DNA from: a virus
Lineage: Duplodnaviria > Caudoviricetes
Length of the DNA stretch: 31,325 bases
Virus record (IMG/VR): IMGVR_UViG_3300045526_000100
Span: 1 to 31,325 of that record
Strand: one strand, 5' to 3'
Positions 7,845 through 15,435 of the stretch are shown piece after piece. Both the position numbers and the translations under genes were made by a program. The notes under the pieces were generated by a model. That model saw only the letters and a list, made by a program, of their open reading frames with translations, was not told the DNA's origin and made no database searches. Each line of letters opens with the position of its first letter. Position 1 is the stretch's first letter.

Positions 7845-8414
7845 ATGCCTGCACCCACCATTGTTGCGACTGCAGGCAGCGCCAGTGCCAATAGCTACCT
7901 CACGGTCGCCGGTGCTGACGCCATCGCCAACGGGATGGTCGGCACCTTGGCGTGGAGCACAGCCACCAGCGACGACAAGGCTCGCGCCTTGCTTACCGCG
8001 ACCAACGGCTTGGAGACGCTGGAGTGGATCGGCAGTCGGGCCAGTACCACCCAAGCACTGGCATGGCCGCGTAGTGGCGCCAGTTGCGGCGACAAGGCCC
8101 CAGCTGATGACGAGATCCCCCGTGAGCTGGAGCTGGCCACATTTGATCTGGCCAACGCGCTGCTGACCACACCGACGCTGCTGCGGAGTTCCAGCAGCTC
8201 AGCCGCTTTGGTGCCGGGTGTTCCGAACCGGGATCTTAAGAGCCTCAAGCTCGACGTTATGGAGATCCAATGGAGGACTGACGTGGGCAATAGCACCACG
8301 GAGGCCACCACACCACTGACGGTCCTGCCGCATCTGGCCACGATCTTGGGGTGTTTGACCACCAGCACCACCCGCGGCGGCATCGGCAGGATCTGCCAAG
8401 TAGTCCGTAGTTAG
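7845..8414 (+). CDS. Head-tail adaptor (DnaT-like phage family)
   Basis: ANSYLTVAGAD and QALAWPR motifs; position after the capsid gene. Confidence 0.75.
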   Translation: MPAPTIVATAGSASANSYLTVAGADAIANGMVGTLAWSTATSDDKARALLTATNGLETLEWIGSRASTTQALAWPRSGASCGDKAPADDEIPRELELATFDLANALLTTPTLLRSSSSSAALVPGVPNRDLKSLKLDVMEIQWRTDVGNSTTEATTPLTVLPHLATILGCLTTSTTRGGIGRICQVVRS

Positions 8415-8466
8415 TTAATTAGATAGCCAAGCAATCGCCTGTGTTGGTGGTCGCTAGGCTATCTAT

Positions 8467-9042
8467 GTGTCTAACACAGCTCTAGCTGACGAGCCGGTAT
8501 CGCCGGACAAGTCGGTGCGCCGCAGACCACGCACCGGCTACTTAGCCACGCCCCTCACAAAAGACGAGCAGCGGCATGTCGGGGACATGTACCGCAAGCA
8601 CCAAGGCATCTTGCGGCTACTGGGCCGCAAGCTCTGTCGCAAGTACCCCTTTGTCAGCGCAGAGGACATCTTCTCTTGCATCGACACCGCCTTCATCAAG
8701 ACCTGCCGCGCCTGGGATCCAGCTAAGGGAGCGTTCTCAACGCTGCTGACCGTCTTTAGTGAGGGTGATGTACTCCACTTCATCCGCGACCACAACTGGA
8801 CGGTCAAGGCACCTGGGGCCGTCCGGCGTTTAGGCCAACTGGCCAGGCGGATGCTGGAGAAAGGCCACTCCATGGGTGAGGTGCGACAGGAGCTAGGGAT
8901 CAGCGACGAACAGCTCAAGCTGGCGTTGATCGCCACCCAACCCACCGACCACGACATCCGAGGCTTTGACCTGCATATCTGCCCGCGACCCAACCCATGG
9001 GAGATGTTGGAGGAGACGGAGTACGGCTACGCGGAAAGCTAG
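8467..9042 (+). CDS. Truncated sigma-70-family factor (regions 2-3 only, SigF/group-3-like)
   Basis: AEDIFSCIDTAFIKTCRAWDPAKGAFSTLL...GDVLHFIRDHNWTVKAP resembles region 2 of SigF/SigB-type sigmas. SMGEVRQELGIS is a region-3 HTH. The protein ends at 191 aa without region 4. Confidence 0.75.
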   Translation: MSNTALADEPVSPDKSVRRRPRTGYLATPLTKDEQRHVGDMYRKHQGILRLLGRKLCRKYPFVSAEDIFSCIDTAFIKTCRAWDPAKGAFSTLLTVFSEGDVLHFIRDHNWTVKAPGAVRRLGQLARRMLEKGHSMGEVRQELGISDEQLKLALIATQPTDHDIRGFDLHICPRPNPWEMLEETEYGYAES

Positions 9043-9043
9043 T
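9033..9043 (+). promoter_or_regulatory. Recurrent motif variant GGAAAGCTAGT
   Basis: 20 nt upstream of the tail tube ATG. Confidence 0.5.
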
Positions 9044-9063
9044 GGTAGCACTCGCTTACCACC

Positions 9064-9540
9064 ATGGCAACCGGCGCGTTTTTCGCCTCGCTGGGCTACA
9101 AGTTTTACGTGAAGGCAGGCACCACTGCCTCTACCGCACCGACTACCAGCACCGGCATGACGGAAGTGCTGTCGCTGGTGAACGCCGGTATCCAGGGTTC
9201 TACCGACACCCAGGAAGTGATTGACTACGGCTCCAGCCAAGGTTTCAAGGCGCAGATTCCGGTGTCGCAGAGCTACACCATCCCCTGCCAGATGAACCTG
9301 GATCTCAACGACGCCGGTTATTTGGTCCTCAAGGATGCAGCCCTGAACGCCACCACCAAGACCGTGGAGTGGTATCGGGAATCGCCTGAGATGAGCGCCA
9401 CTGGCAACCCTGAAAAGCACGCTGGCGTGGCCTTCGTGACTGATTTCTCTGAGGACATCCAGGCTGGAAACATTGCTCAGGTCAACTTCACCCTCACCGG
9501 CTATGGCGCCTATGTCCATACCGCTGAGACCAACGTCTGA
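9064..9540 (+). CDS. Major tail (tube) protein
   Basis: 158 aa, beta-rich, ending AFVTDFSEDIQAGNIAQVNFTLTGYG. Strong codon bias, followed by a terminator. Confidence 0.8.
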   Translation: MATGAFFASLGYKFYVKAGTTASTAPTTSTGMTEVLSLVNAGIQGSTDTQEVIDYGSSQGFKAQIPVSQSYTIPCQMNLDLNDAGYLVLKDAALNATTKTVEWYRESPEMSATGNPEKHAGVAFVTDFSEDIQAGNIAQVNFTLTGYGAYVHTAETNV

Positions 9541-9629
9541 TCCTGACTAGGGGGATCTGCCAGGGCGTCCTCATGGGCGCCCGATTATGGATGGCAGCCG
9601 TCAAGGCTGCTACGATCCGCGAGTGCTCC

Positions 9630-9670
9630 AAAGCCGGTGCCGTCCTCATGGTGTGGGCACCGGCTTTTTT
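9630..9670 (+). terminator. Rho-independent terminator (possibly bidirectional)
   Basis: 12-bp stem AAAGCCGGTGCC / GGCACCGGCTTT plus T tract, between convergent genes. Confidence 0.85.
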
Positions 9671-9677
9671 ATGGTCG

Positions 9678-10124
9678 TTACCCGCGGTCGAGTTCCTTCC
9701 AGCGCTGGATGAAGTACCGATCAAATGGCTGTGCATCCAGCGCCGGCTTGATCCAATCGCGGGGCGGCAGGTCAACGTTGTAGATACCTCCGTCTCTTGT
9801 GACGAACTCGGCTTCATCCCCAAAGAAGATGTCCTTTGCGTAAGGCGCGGTCCAACCAATCTGCATCGAGACACCGCTGTCAGTTTCTGACACCTCCGGT
9901 TCGGTCTGGCTATCTGCGAACTCGCCGGTGTCAACAATGTTTCGTTTACCGGCCTTGACCCGTCTCCCGTTCTTGCGCAGGGTGTCCCGCGGCCAAGGGA
10001 ACTGCGAGGAGTTGATCTCGTTCTGGAGCTGAGGCCCCAGCACGTCGCCATAGTCCTCAAGGATTCGGCGGGGGACACGCCGCATCAGGCGATCAGCGTT
10101 CCAGCTAACCAGCCGGAAGCTCAC
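9678..10124 (-). CDS. Putative neck / tail-completion protein (HK97 gp10-like)
   Basis: NIVDTGEFADS and WTAPYA motifs are reminiscent of HK97 gp10-type proteins. Confidence 0.6.
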   Translation of the reverse strand: MSFRLVSWNADRLMRRVPRRILEDYGDVLGPQLQNEINSSQFPWPRDTLRKNGRRVKAGKRNIVDTGEFADSQTEPEVSETDSGVSMQIGWTAPYAKDIFFGDEAEFVTRDGGIYNVDLPPRDWIKPALDAQPFDRYFIQRWKELDRG

Positions 10125-10516
10125 GATTGACCTCGGCTGGTGAGTTGGATCTTCTCGCCCAGCACCGCAGCCAGGGTTGCACCCAGCAGACCGCTATTGC
10201 CGTAGGGCAGGCGCAACGCTTTGACTTCGCAGGACACCGGCCCCTCACCAGCGAAGGTCAGCGTCCCTTGAGTGCCCACTTGGATTCTTGGGTCCAAGGC
10301 CATCGGGTCAACCGCATAGCCCTCATAGAGGGTGTCGAGCTGATCAACGCCGGGGTAGCGCATGATCTCCACGGTTTCTGCCCGCAGGAATAAACCCACC
10401 GTCACGGTGGCTTGTGCGGGTGCGACGTTCCCGGTCTCTGGGTCAGTCACCACACCAACCCCTGCCACGGAGAAGGTGGCGGTGGCGTTAGCGAGGGCAG
10501 AAAGAGCGGATGCCAT
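10121..10516 (-). CDS. Putative head-closure / head-tail joining protein (131 aa)
   Basis: ATG at 10516. VVTDPETGNV-type N-terminus, beta-rich, coupled to the downstream gene by a 4-nt overlap. Function inferred from size and context. Confidence 0.55.
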   Translation of the reverse strand: MASALSALANATATFSVAGVGVVTDPETGNVAPAQATVTVGLFLRAETVEIMRYPGVDQLDTLYEGYAVDPMALDPRIQVGTQGTLTFAGEGPVSCEVKALRLPYGNSGLLGATLAAVLGEKIQLTSRGQS

Positions 10517-10518
10517 AT

Positions 10519-10529
10519 CCAAGGTTTCC
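10519..10529 (-). promoter_or_regulatory. Recurrent motif GGAAACCTTGG (minus strand)
   Basis: 2 nt upstream of the ATG at 10516; back-to-back with a plus-strand copy. Confidence 0.55.
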
Positions 10530-10533
10530 GGCA

Positions 10534-10544
10534 GGCAACCTCGG
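10534..10544 (+). promoter_or_regulatory. Recurrent motif GGCAACCTCGG
   Basis: 23 nt upstream of the tape measure GTG at 10568. Confidence 0.6.
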
Positions 10545-10567
10545 CTTACAGGCAGGCACCATCAGCA

Positions 10568-13500
10568 GTGGCGGAACTCGGAGAAGCCGTATTAAGAATC
10601 ACGGCAGATCCGCGGGAAGCACTAGCTGCGATTGAAAAAGTTAGGGACGCGCTTGGCCGCGGCACAGGTGGCAACTTTGACAACCTGTTTAATGGGCTAG
10701 AGCAGTCAGCTCGCCAAGCAGGTACACAGGCAGGTAGAGCTCTTAAGCAAAGTCTTGAAGCCGCATCTAAGACTCAGAAGCTAAAGTTCGCCAACTTCAC
10801 TGAGGCGCTGGAGTTCAACCCCAAGAACACCGTCAAAGGGCTGAACGAGTATGTTACTGCACTGCGAGAGTTGCGTGATAGTTCAGAGCTTTCGGAGCGG
10901 TCTACCCAGCTACTCACTGACCGTATTGGTGCATTAGAGGCTGCACTTGGGCGTGCCAAGCAAACCACAGCGCAAGCCTCTGAAGTTCAACGCCAGTTCA
11001 ACGAAGCACTTAATAAGGCGCAGACCAAGCGAGCAGCTGAGCAAGCGCGTGACTTAGCGGCGGCCACTGAAGACACGGCAGAGGCCCAGAAGACTTCAAT
11101 CAACTCTATTAACTCAGTTGGTAGAGCCGTTCAGCAGACCACCGGCTTCATTGAGCAACAGATCAGTGCTTACCGCGCTCTTGGAGCGATTGCTGGCAAG
11201 GGGATTGGTGACATCCGTGGCACAGCAAAAGTCGGCGGGAATCTGGTCAAAGGAGCAGTCAGCGCAGGCCGCGGTCTCTACAACCTTGGCGCTGAGTTTG
11301 GCGTATTTGAGGAGCCAAAGACTGGACCTATTAAGCAAGCGATTGCTCAGGTTGCTGAGCGCTTCAAGTTCCTCGGGGAGCAAGCCAAGACGACACGCGG
11401 CTTCATCCTGCGAACGTTTGTTGAAGGTATCCCTGCCGGTGCGGGCGTGGCCGCTCTTGCCCAGCAGTTACCTGAGATCACGAAATACCTAAACGACTTA
11501 AAAGCTGCGAGTGTTGCCACTAGCAGCTCGTTTGACTGGCTGGCGAAGGTGGCTCAAGCGTTTGATCGCTTTGTGCCAGACGGCCCCAGTGGTGGTCTGT
11601 TGGGGTTGTTTGCCAAGCTAGGCAATGTTGCAGCCACCTCCGCGTCAGGGGTGACTTCGCTGGCGGACTCGGCCGTTCAGTTGGGTAGCAACCTGATCAC
11701 CGGACCACTGGCGGGGATCCGAGAGCTGACGGACGTTCTGGGGCAGATCCCACCAGAGGCGCAGGTTGCGGTGTTGGCCCTGGCGGGGCTGTCTGCCGGC
11801 GTCAGCTCCGAGCAGACGGTCAACAGCATCAACAAGATCCTAGATGCGCTCGGCGATGTTGAGCTGCAGAGCCTTGAGGTCAACACGGCGCTTGACCGCA
11901 TCCTGAGTAAAGAGCTGCAAAGTTCTGGACTCACCTCCCAAGAGCGAGACCAGAAGCGCAGGAACGCGGACAGCCTGCGCGAACGTCGCCAAGCCATCCT
12001 GAACGCACGCGCAGTTGAAGAGCGCCTACGCAATGCACCGCTTGCGCTACCCAGCACCGAACTGCTGGCGCAGAGAGTAGGTACTGGAATTGCACCAGAG
12101 CGTTTAACACCTGGCATTAGCAATGTCTCTGCGTCACAGGCCGTTGCCGCTCTAAAGGAGCAGGTAGCAGAGGCACAGAAGCTGGCAGCGTCAGAGCGCC
12201 AAGCCCAAGGTGAGCAAACGCAACTGAACGCAGCGCTAGAAGCTGGTCTGCAAGTAATGCAGACGATGGTTGGCGTTATAGATGAGCAAGTACAAGGCTA
12301 CAAGTTTGAGAAGGAGCAGCTTGCAGACATCATTGCTGAACAACAAAAGCTAGTCGCTTTAGAGGCTCAGCGCAGCGCAGAAGCACGGAAGCGGACCGCC
12401 GCTGAGGCAAAGGATCGCAGGCAACGTCAACAGGCTGCTGACGAAAGAAGGCAGGAGATCCGAGCAAGGGGAACAGAAGACCGAATCCAGCGTGTTCTGG
12501 ATAGGAAGCAGGCAGAGAAGGACCTAAACCGCCGCCTTGGCGACGCGCAGGGGAGCGCTCTGATTGGTGGTGCGTTCCCGCTGCTGTTTGGCCAGGGGCT
12601 TGGCGCCAGCATCGGCGGTGGACTGGGGGGCGCTGCCGGTGGCCTGCTCGGGGGCCAGTTCGGATTTGGCCTCTCGCTGGTTGGGACAGCGATAGGACAA
12701 CTGTTTGACACCTTGGCGCAACGGAGCAAGGACCTAGCCAAGGCGCTGCAGGACCCCATCAAGAACCTGGAAACGCTTCGGTCGGCGTTTGTGTTTGCCT
12801 CCGCTGCGCAGGAGAGCTATGTGCAGGCGTTACTGGACTCAGGGCAGACCGCTAAAGCTGAAGAGGTTGTCAGAGGCGAGACAGCCCGCACCATCGAACC
12901 GGCCGCGGCCAATCTGTTATATAGGAGCACAGAGAAGCTCAACCGCTCTTGGTCAGACTTGAGTGACCGTCTGGGAGGGTTCGTATCGGGCCCTGCTGCT
13001 GCGTTCAACAACTGGCTGTCGGAGCTTATTCGACTCGCGGGGGGAGTACCGGGCAAACCGTTACCTGTCACCGGCCCAGAGGCTAAAAAGAATGCAGGCG
13101 ACAGAAGTCTCCGGGGAGGTGGGTTACTGAGCCTCGGGCTTGGGCTTGGTGCCACGGCGCTGGCGCTTGGAGGGGCTGCTGCCGCTGCAGTCCCCAGCGG
13201 TGGTCTCACATTGGCGGCAATCCCTGGGATCCTCTCGCTGGGAGCAGGTGCAACCGCAGCGGGCGTTGGGTCTGCTGCAGCGATTGGGTCAGGACTAGGT
13301 GAAGTTGACACCGCCGAGAAGCTCAGGAAGATTTCAATAGACCCACAAGTAAGGGTCGCAGAAGAATCACTGGCTAGCATCACCCAGAAGCGCCTTGATG
13401 TTGAACGACAAATTGTTCAGGCGAAACTCCAGGGGAAAGCCGCTGTAGCGGGTCAACTGGAGATTGAGGGTCAACTGCTAGCTATTAACGCCGACTTTGC

Positions 13501-14683
13501 TCGCAAGGCTTCTGCGATTGAGCAGGAGCGTGCGGCAGGGAACATTACATCGCAGGAAGCCACTGATCAGCAAAACCAGCTCGTTGAGGCTACTCGCGCT
13601 CAGAAGGTGCAGATTGCGGCTCAAGGTGCTGCCGCGGCCCGAGAAGCACGTCAGCAACTGAAGTACGCCCGCGAGCTGGTCGGTGTGTATGGGACGCAGC
13701 GAAGGATTCTTGAAGAACGACAGAAGATTGATGAAGCGCAGCGTACAAACAATGACGCCCAAGCAGTCTTCAGAGCACAGCAAGCGCGAGGCGCCTCCCC
13801 AGAGGATCTAGCTATTTACCAGAAGGCAGCAGAGAGGGCGCAGGCGGATCTGAATAGGATCCGACTGGAGGGAGAAGAGAACATCCGCCGACTGGAGGCA
13901 GAGCGTTGGGCTAATGCGCTTGCTGCAGCCAATAAGATCAAATCTATCCAAGAGCAGACCAAGATTGAGAGCTTGGGTACCAACATTGGGGGCACGGGCC
14001 GAGCTGTTCTGGAGCAACTCAAAGCGCGGCGTGACGCCCAGCGTGCGGTGCAGGAAGCGCAAGCCAATCTTGCTGCAGCACCGACTGATGAGGGTCTGCA
14101 GCAACAGGCGCAGCAAGCAAACGAATCACTGAAGCTGGCGTCAGAGGCGACAAAGAACAACCTCATCGCTGCCTATAACGCAGCGAAGGACTCGGTGCGT
14201 GCGATCAGCCGGAGTCTGCAGGACGGCGTGTTGGCACTGGCCCAGCTGCAGAACACCAGTGGCCAAGGGATCAACAAGTACCTATCACCGCAAGATGTCC
14301 AGCAACGTCAGGAGGCGCTCAACCCCGGCCTACTAAGAAGGGCGCAGGAAGCGGTAAACACCTTCAATTCACGTACCGGGATTCCGGTTGACATCAATGT
14401 CACTGGCACCACGGAGCAGCGCAACGCACAGCTTATTGACATCGCTAAAACGTTTGGCGAAGAGAACCGCGCTGTGGAGGATCTTGTAGAGGTCAACAAG
14501 TCGATGGTTGTCGCAACCAATGACCTTACGCTCGCAACAGCTGGGCTCACCGCCGCCAATATCAGCATTGCCCAGACTGTGCCTGTATTGATTCAGAGCC
14601 TTAACGCTTTGGTAGGTAAGGACTGGTCCGTGAACGTCAGTGTGCCGACCAAGACCTCCAACACCCCATTGCCGAGCTTCTGA
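10568..14683 (+). CDS. Tail tape measure protein (about 1371 aa)
   Basis: Largest ORF. Ala/Gln/Glu-rich helical sequence with Gly-rich hydrophobic stretches (GGAFPLLFGQGLGASIGGGLGG). Start MAELGEAVLRITAD at GTG 10568. Confidence 0.88.
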   Translation: MAELGEAVLRITADPREALAAIEKVRDALGRGTGGNFDNLFNGLEQSARQAGTQAGRALKQSLEAASKTQKLKFANFTEALEFNPKNTVKGLNEYVTALRELRDSSELSERSTQLLTDRIGALEAALGRAKQTTAQASEVQRQFNEALNKAQTKRAAEQARDLAAATEDTAEAQKTSINSINSVGRAVQQTTGFIEQQISAYRALGAIAGKGIGDIRGTAKVGGNLVKGAVSAGRGLYNLGAEFGVFEEPKTGPIKQAIAQVAERFKFLGEQAKTTRGFILRTFVEGIPAGAGVAALAQQLPEITKYLNDLKAASVATSSSFDWLAKVAQAFDRFVPDGPSGGLLGLFAKLGNVAATSASGVTSLADSAVQLGSNLITGPLAGIRELTDVLGQIPPEAQVAVLALAGLSAGVSSEQTVNSINKILDALGDVELQSLEVNTALDRILSKELQSSGLTSQERDQKRRNADSLRERRQAILNARAVEERLRNAPLALPSTELLAQRVGTGIAPERLTPGISNVSASQAVAALKEQVAEAQKLAASERQAQGEQTQLNAALEAGLQVMQTMVGVIDEQVQGYKFEKEQLADIIAEQQKLVALEAQRSAEARKRTAAEAKDRRQRQQAADERRQEIRARGTEDRIQRVLDRKQAEKDLNRRLGDAQGSALIGGAFPLLFGQGLGASIGGGLGGAAGGLLGGQFGFGLSLVGTAIGQLFDTLAQRSKDLAKALQDPIKNLETLRSAFVFASAAQESYVQALLDSGQTAKAEEVVRGETARTIEPAAANLLYRSTEKLNRSWSDLSDRLGGFVSGPAAAFNNWLSELIRLAGGVPGKPLPVTGPEAKKNAGDRSLRGGGLLSLGLGLGATALALGGAAAAAVPSGGLTLAAIPGILSLGAGATAAGVGSAAAIGSGLGEVDTAEKLRKISIDPQVRVAEESLASITQKRLDVERQIVQAKLQGKAAVAGQLEIEGQLLAINADFARKASAIEQERAAGNITSQEATDQQNQLVEATRAQKVQIAAQGAAAAREARQQLKYARELVGVYGTQRRILEERQKIDEAQRTNNDAQAVFRAQQARGASPEDLAIYQKAAERAQADLNRIRLEGEENIRRLEAERWANALAAANKIKSIQEQTKIESLGTNIGGTGRAVLEQLKARRDAQRAVQEAQANLAAAPTDEGLQQQAQQANESLKLASEATKNNLIAAYNAAKDSVRAISRSLQDGVLALAQLQNTSGQGINKYLSPQDVQQRQEALNPGLLRRAQEAVNTFNSRTGIPVDINVTGTTEQRNAQLIDIAKTFGEENRAVEDLVEVNKSMVVATNDLTLATAGLTAANISIAQTVPVLIQSLNALVGKDWSVNVSVPTKTSNTPLPSF

Positions 14684-14685
14684 TC

Positions 14686-15435
14686 ATGACAGTCACCATC
14701 GGCGCCTTCAGCACCAACCGCCTCAACGCTCAACCCTTTGGGTATGAGGGGGAAGCCCGCACCGGCCTGACGGCGAGGACGTTCCGCATCTCGGGGTTGC
14801 TTACACCAACGGAATGGCAGACGCTGGTGTCGGAGTACAACAGCTGGCGTGGCACCCGCATCACCGATCAGGACACGCTGCTGAGCGGTGTGGTGGGGAC
14901 AACGATCCCGCTAACGATCACCACCACCAACAACCTCAGTGTCAGCGGCCTGGCCTGTTGGTTTGCGGAGCCTCCCACTGGAGAGCAGGCGGGTGTGTAT
15001 GTCTCAGCTACGGCCACCTTGGTGGATGCAGCGCAGGCACTCCAGGTGCTGCTGCGGACCAAGGAGAAGGAGCGGCAGAGGACAGAAGCGGATCTGCCAA
15101 ACCTCGGCACGGTGACCTTGGGTAGCTGCGTTGTCACCTTGACCAAGCCGATGGATACCCGTCAGGACGGTCCCAACGTGGCATTGACAGCAACGGGTGT
15201 GAGCTACGTGACGGGCCCACTGGCCGCTCATAAGGTACGTCAGATCGAGGGCTACATCTCCAGTGGCACTTACACCGACCTGCTCAGTTGGTATGACACC
15301 ACCGTTGCGGCTGTGCCGCTGAGTACCAGCTGGTTCCCGATCAGCCCACCGTCAGCGACCGCTGAGGTCATCATCAGCGGCGGTGTGAAGAGCACCCGCT
15401 ACAACGTCTCTATCACGGCGCTGCAGATCATCTGA
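14686..15435 (+). CDS. Minor tail protein (distal-tail position)
   Basis: 249 aa, Thr-rich, immediately after the tape measure gene. Confidence 0.6.
   Translation: MTVTIGAFSTNRLNAQPFGYEGEARTGLTARTFRISGLLTPTEWQTLVSEYNSWRGTRITDQDTLLSGVVGTTIPLTITTTNNLSVSGLACWFAEPPTGEQAGVYVSATATLVDAAQALQVLLRTKEKERQRTEADLPNLGTVTLGSCVVTLTKPMDTRQDGPNVALTATGVSYVTGPLAAHKVRQIEGYISSGTYTDLLSWYDTTVAAVPLSTSWFPISPPSATAEVIISGGVKSTRYNVSITALQII

Noticed and set aside
9573-9890. 105-aa plus-strand ORF after the tail tube as a tail chaperone
   Set aside because: It runs through a terminator and antisense into the 9678-10124 gene. A better chaperone with a slippery site exists at 20220.
10412-10567. Longer N-terminus of the tape measure ORF given by the track
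   Set aside because: It overlaps the minus-strand gene and the motif pair. GTG 10568 gives a typical start downstream of a motif copy.
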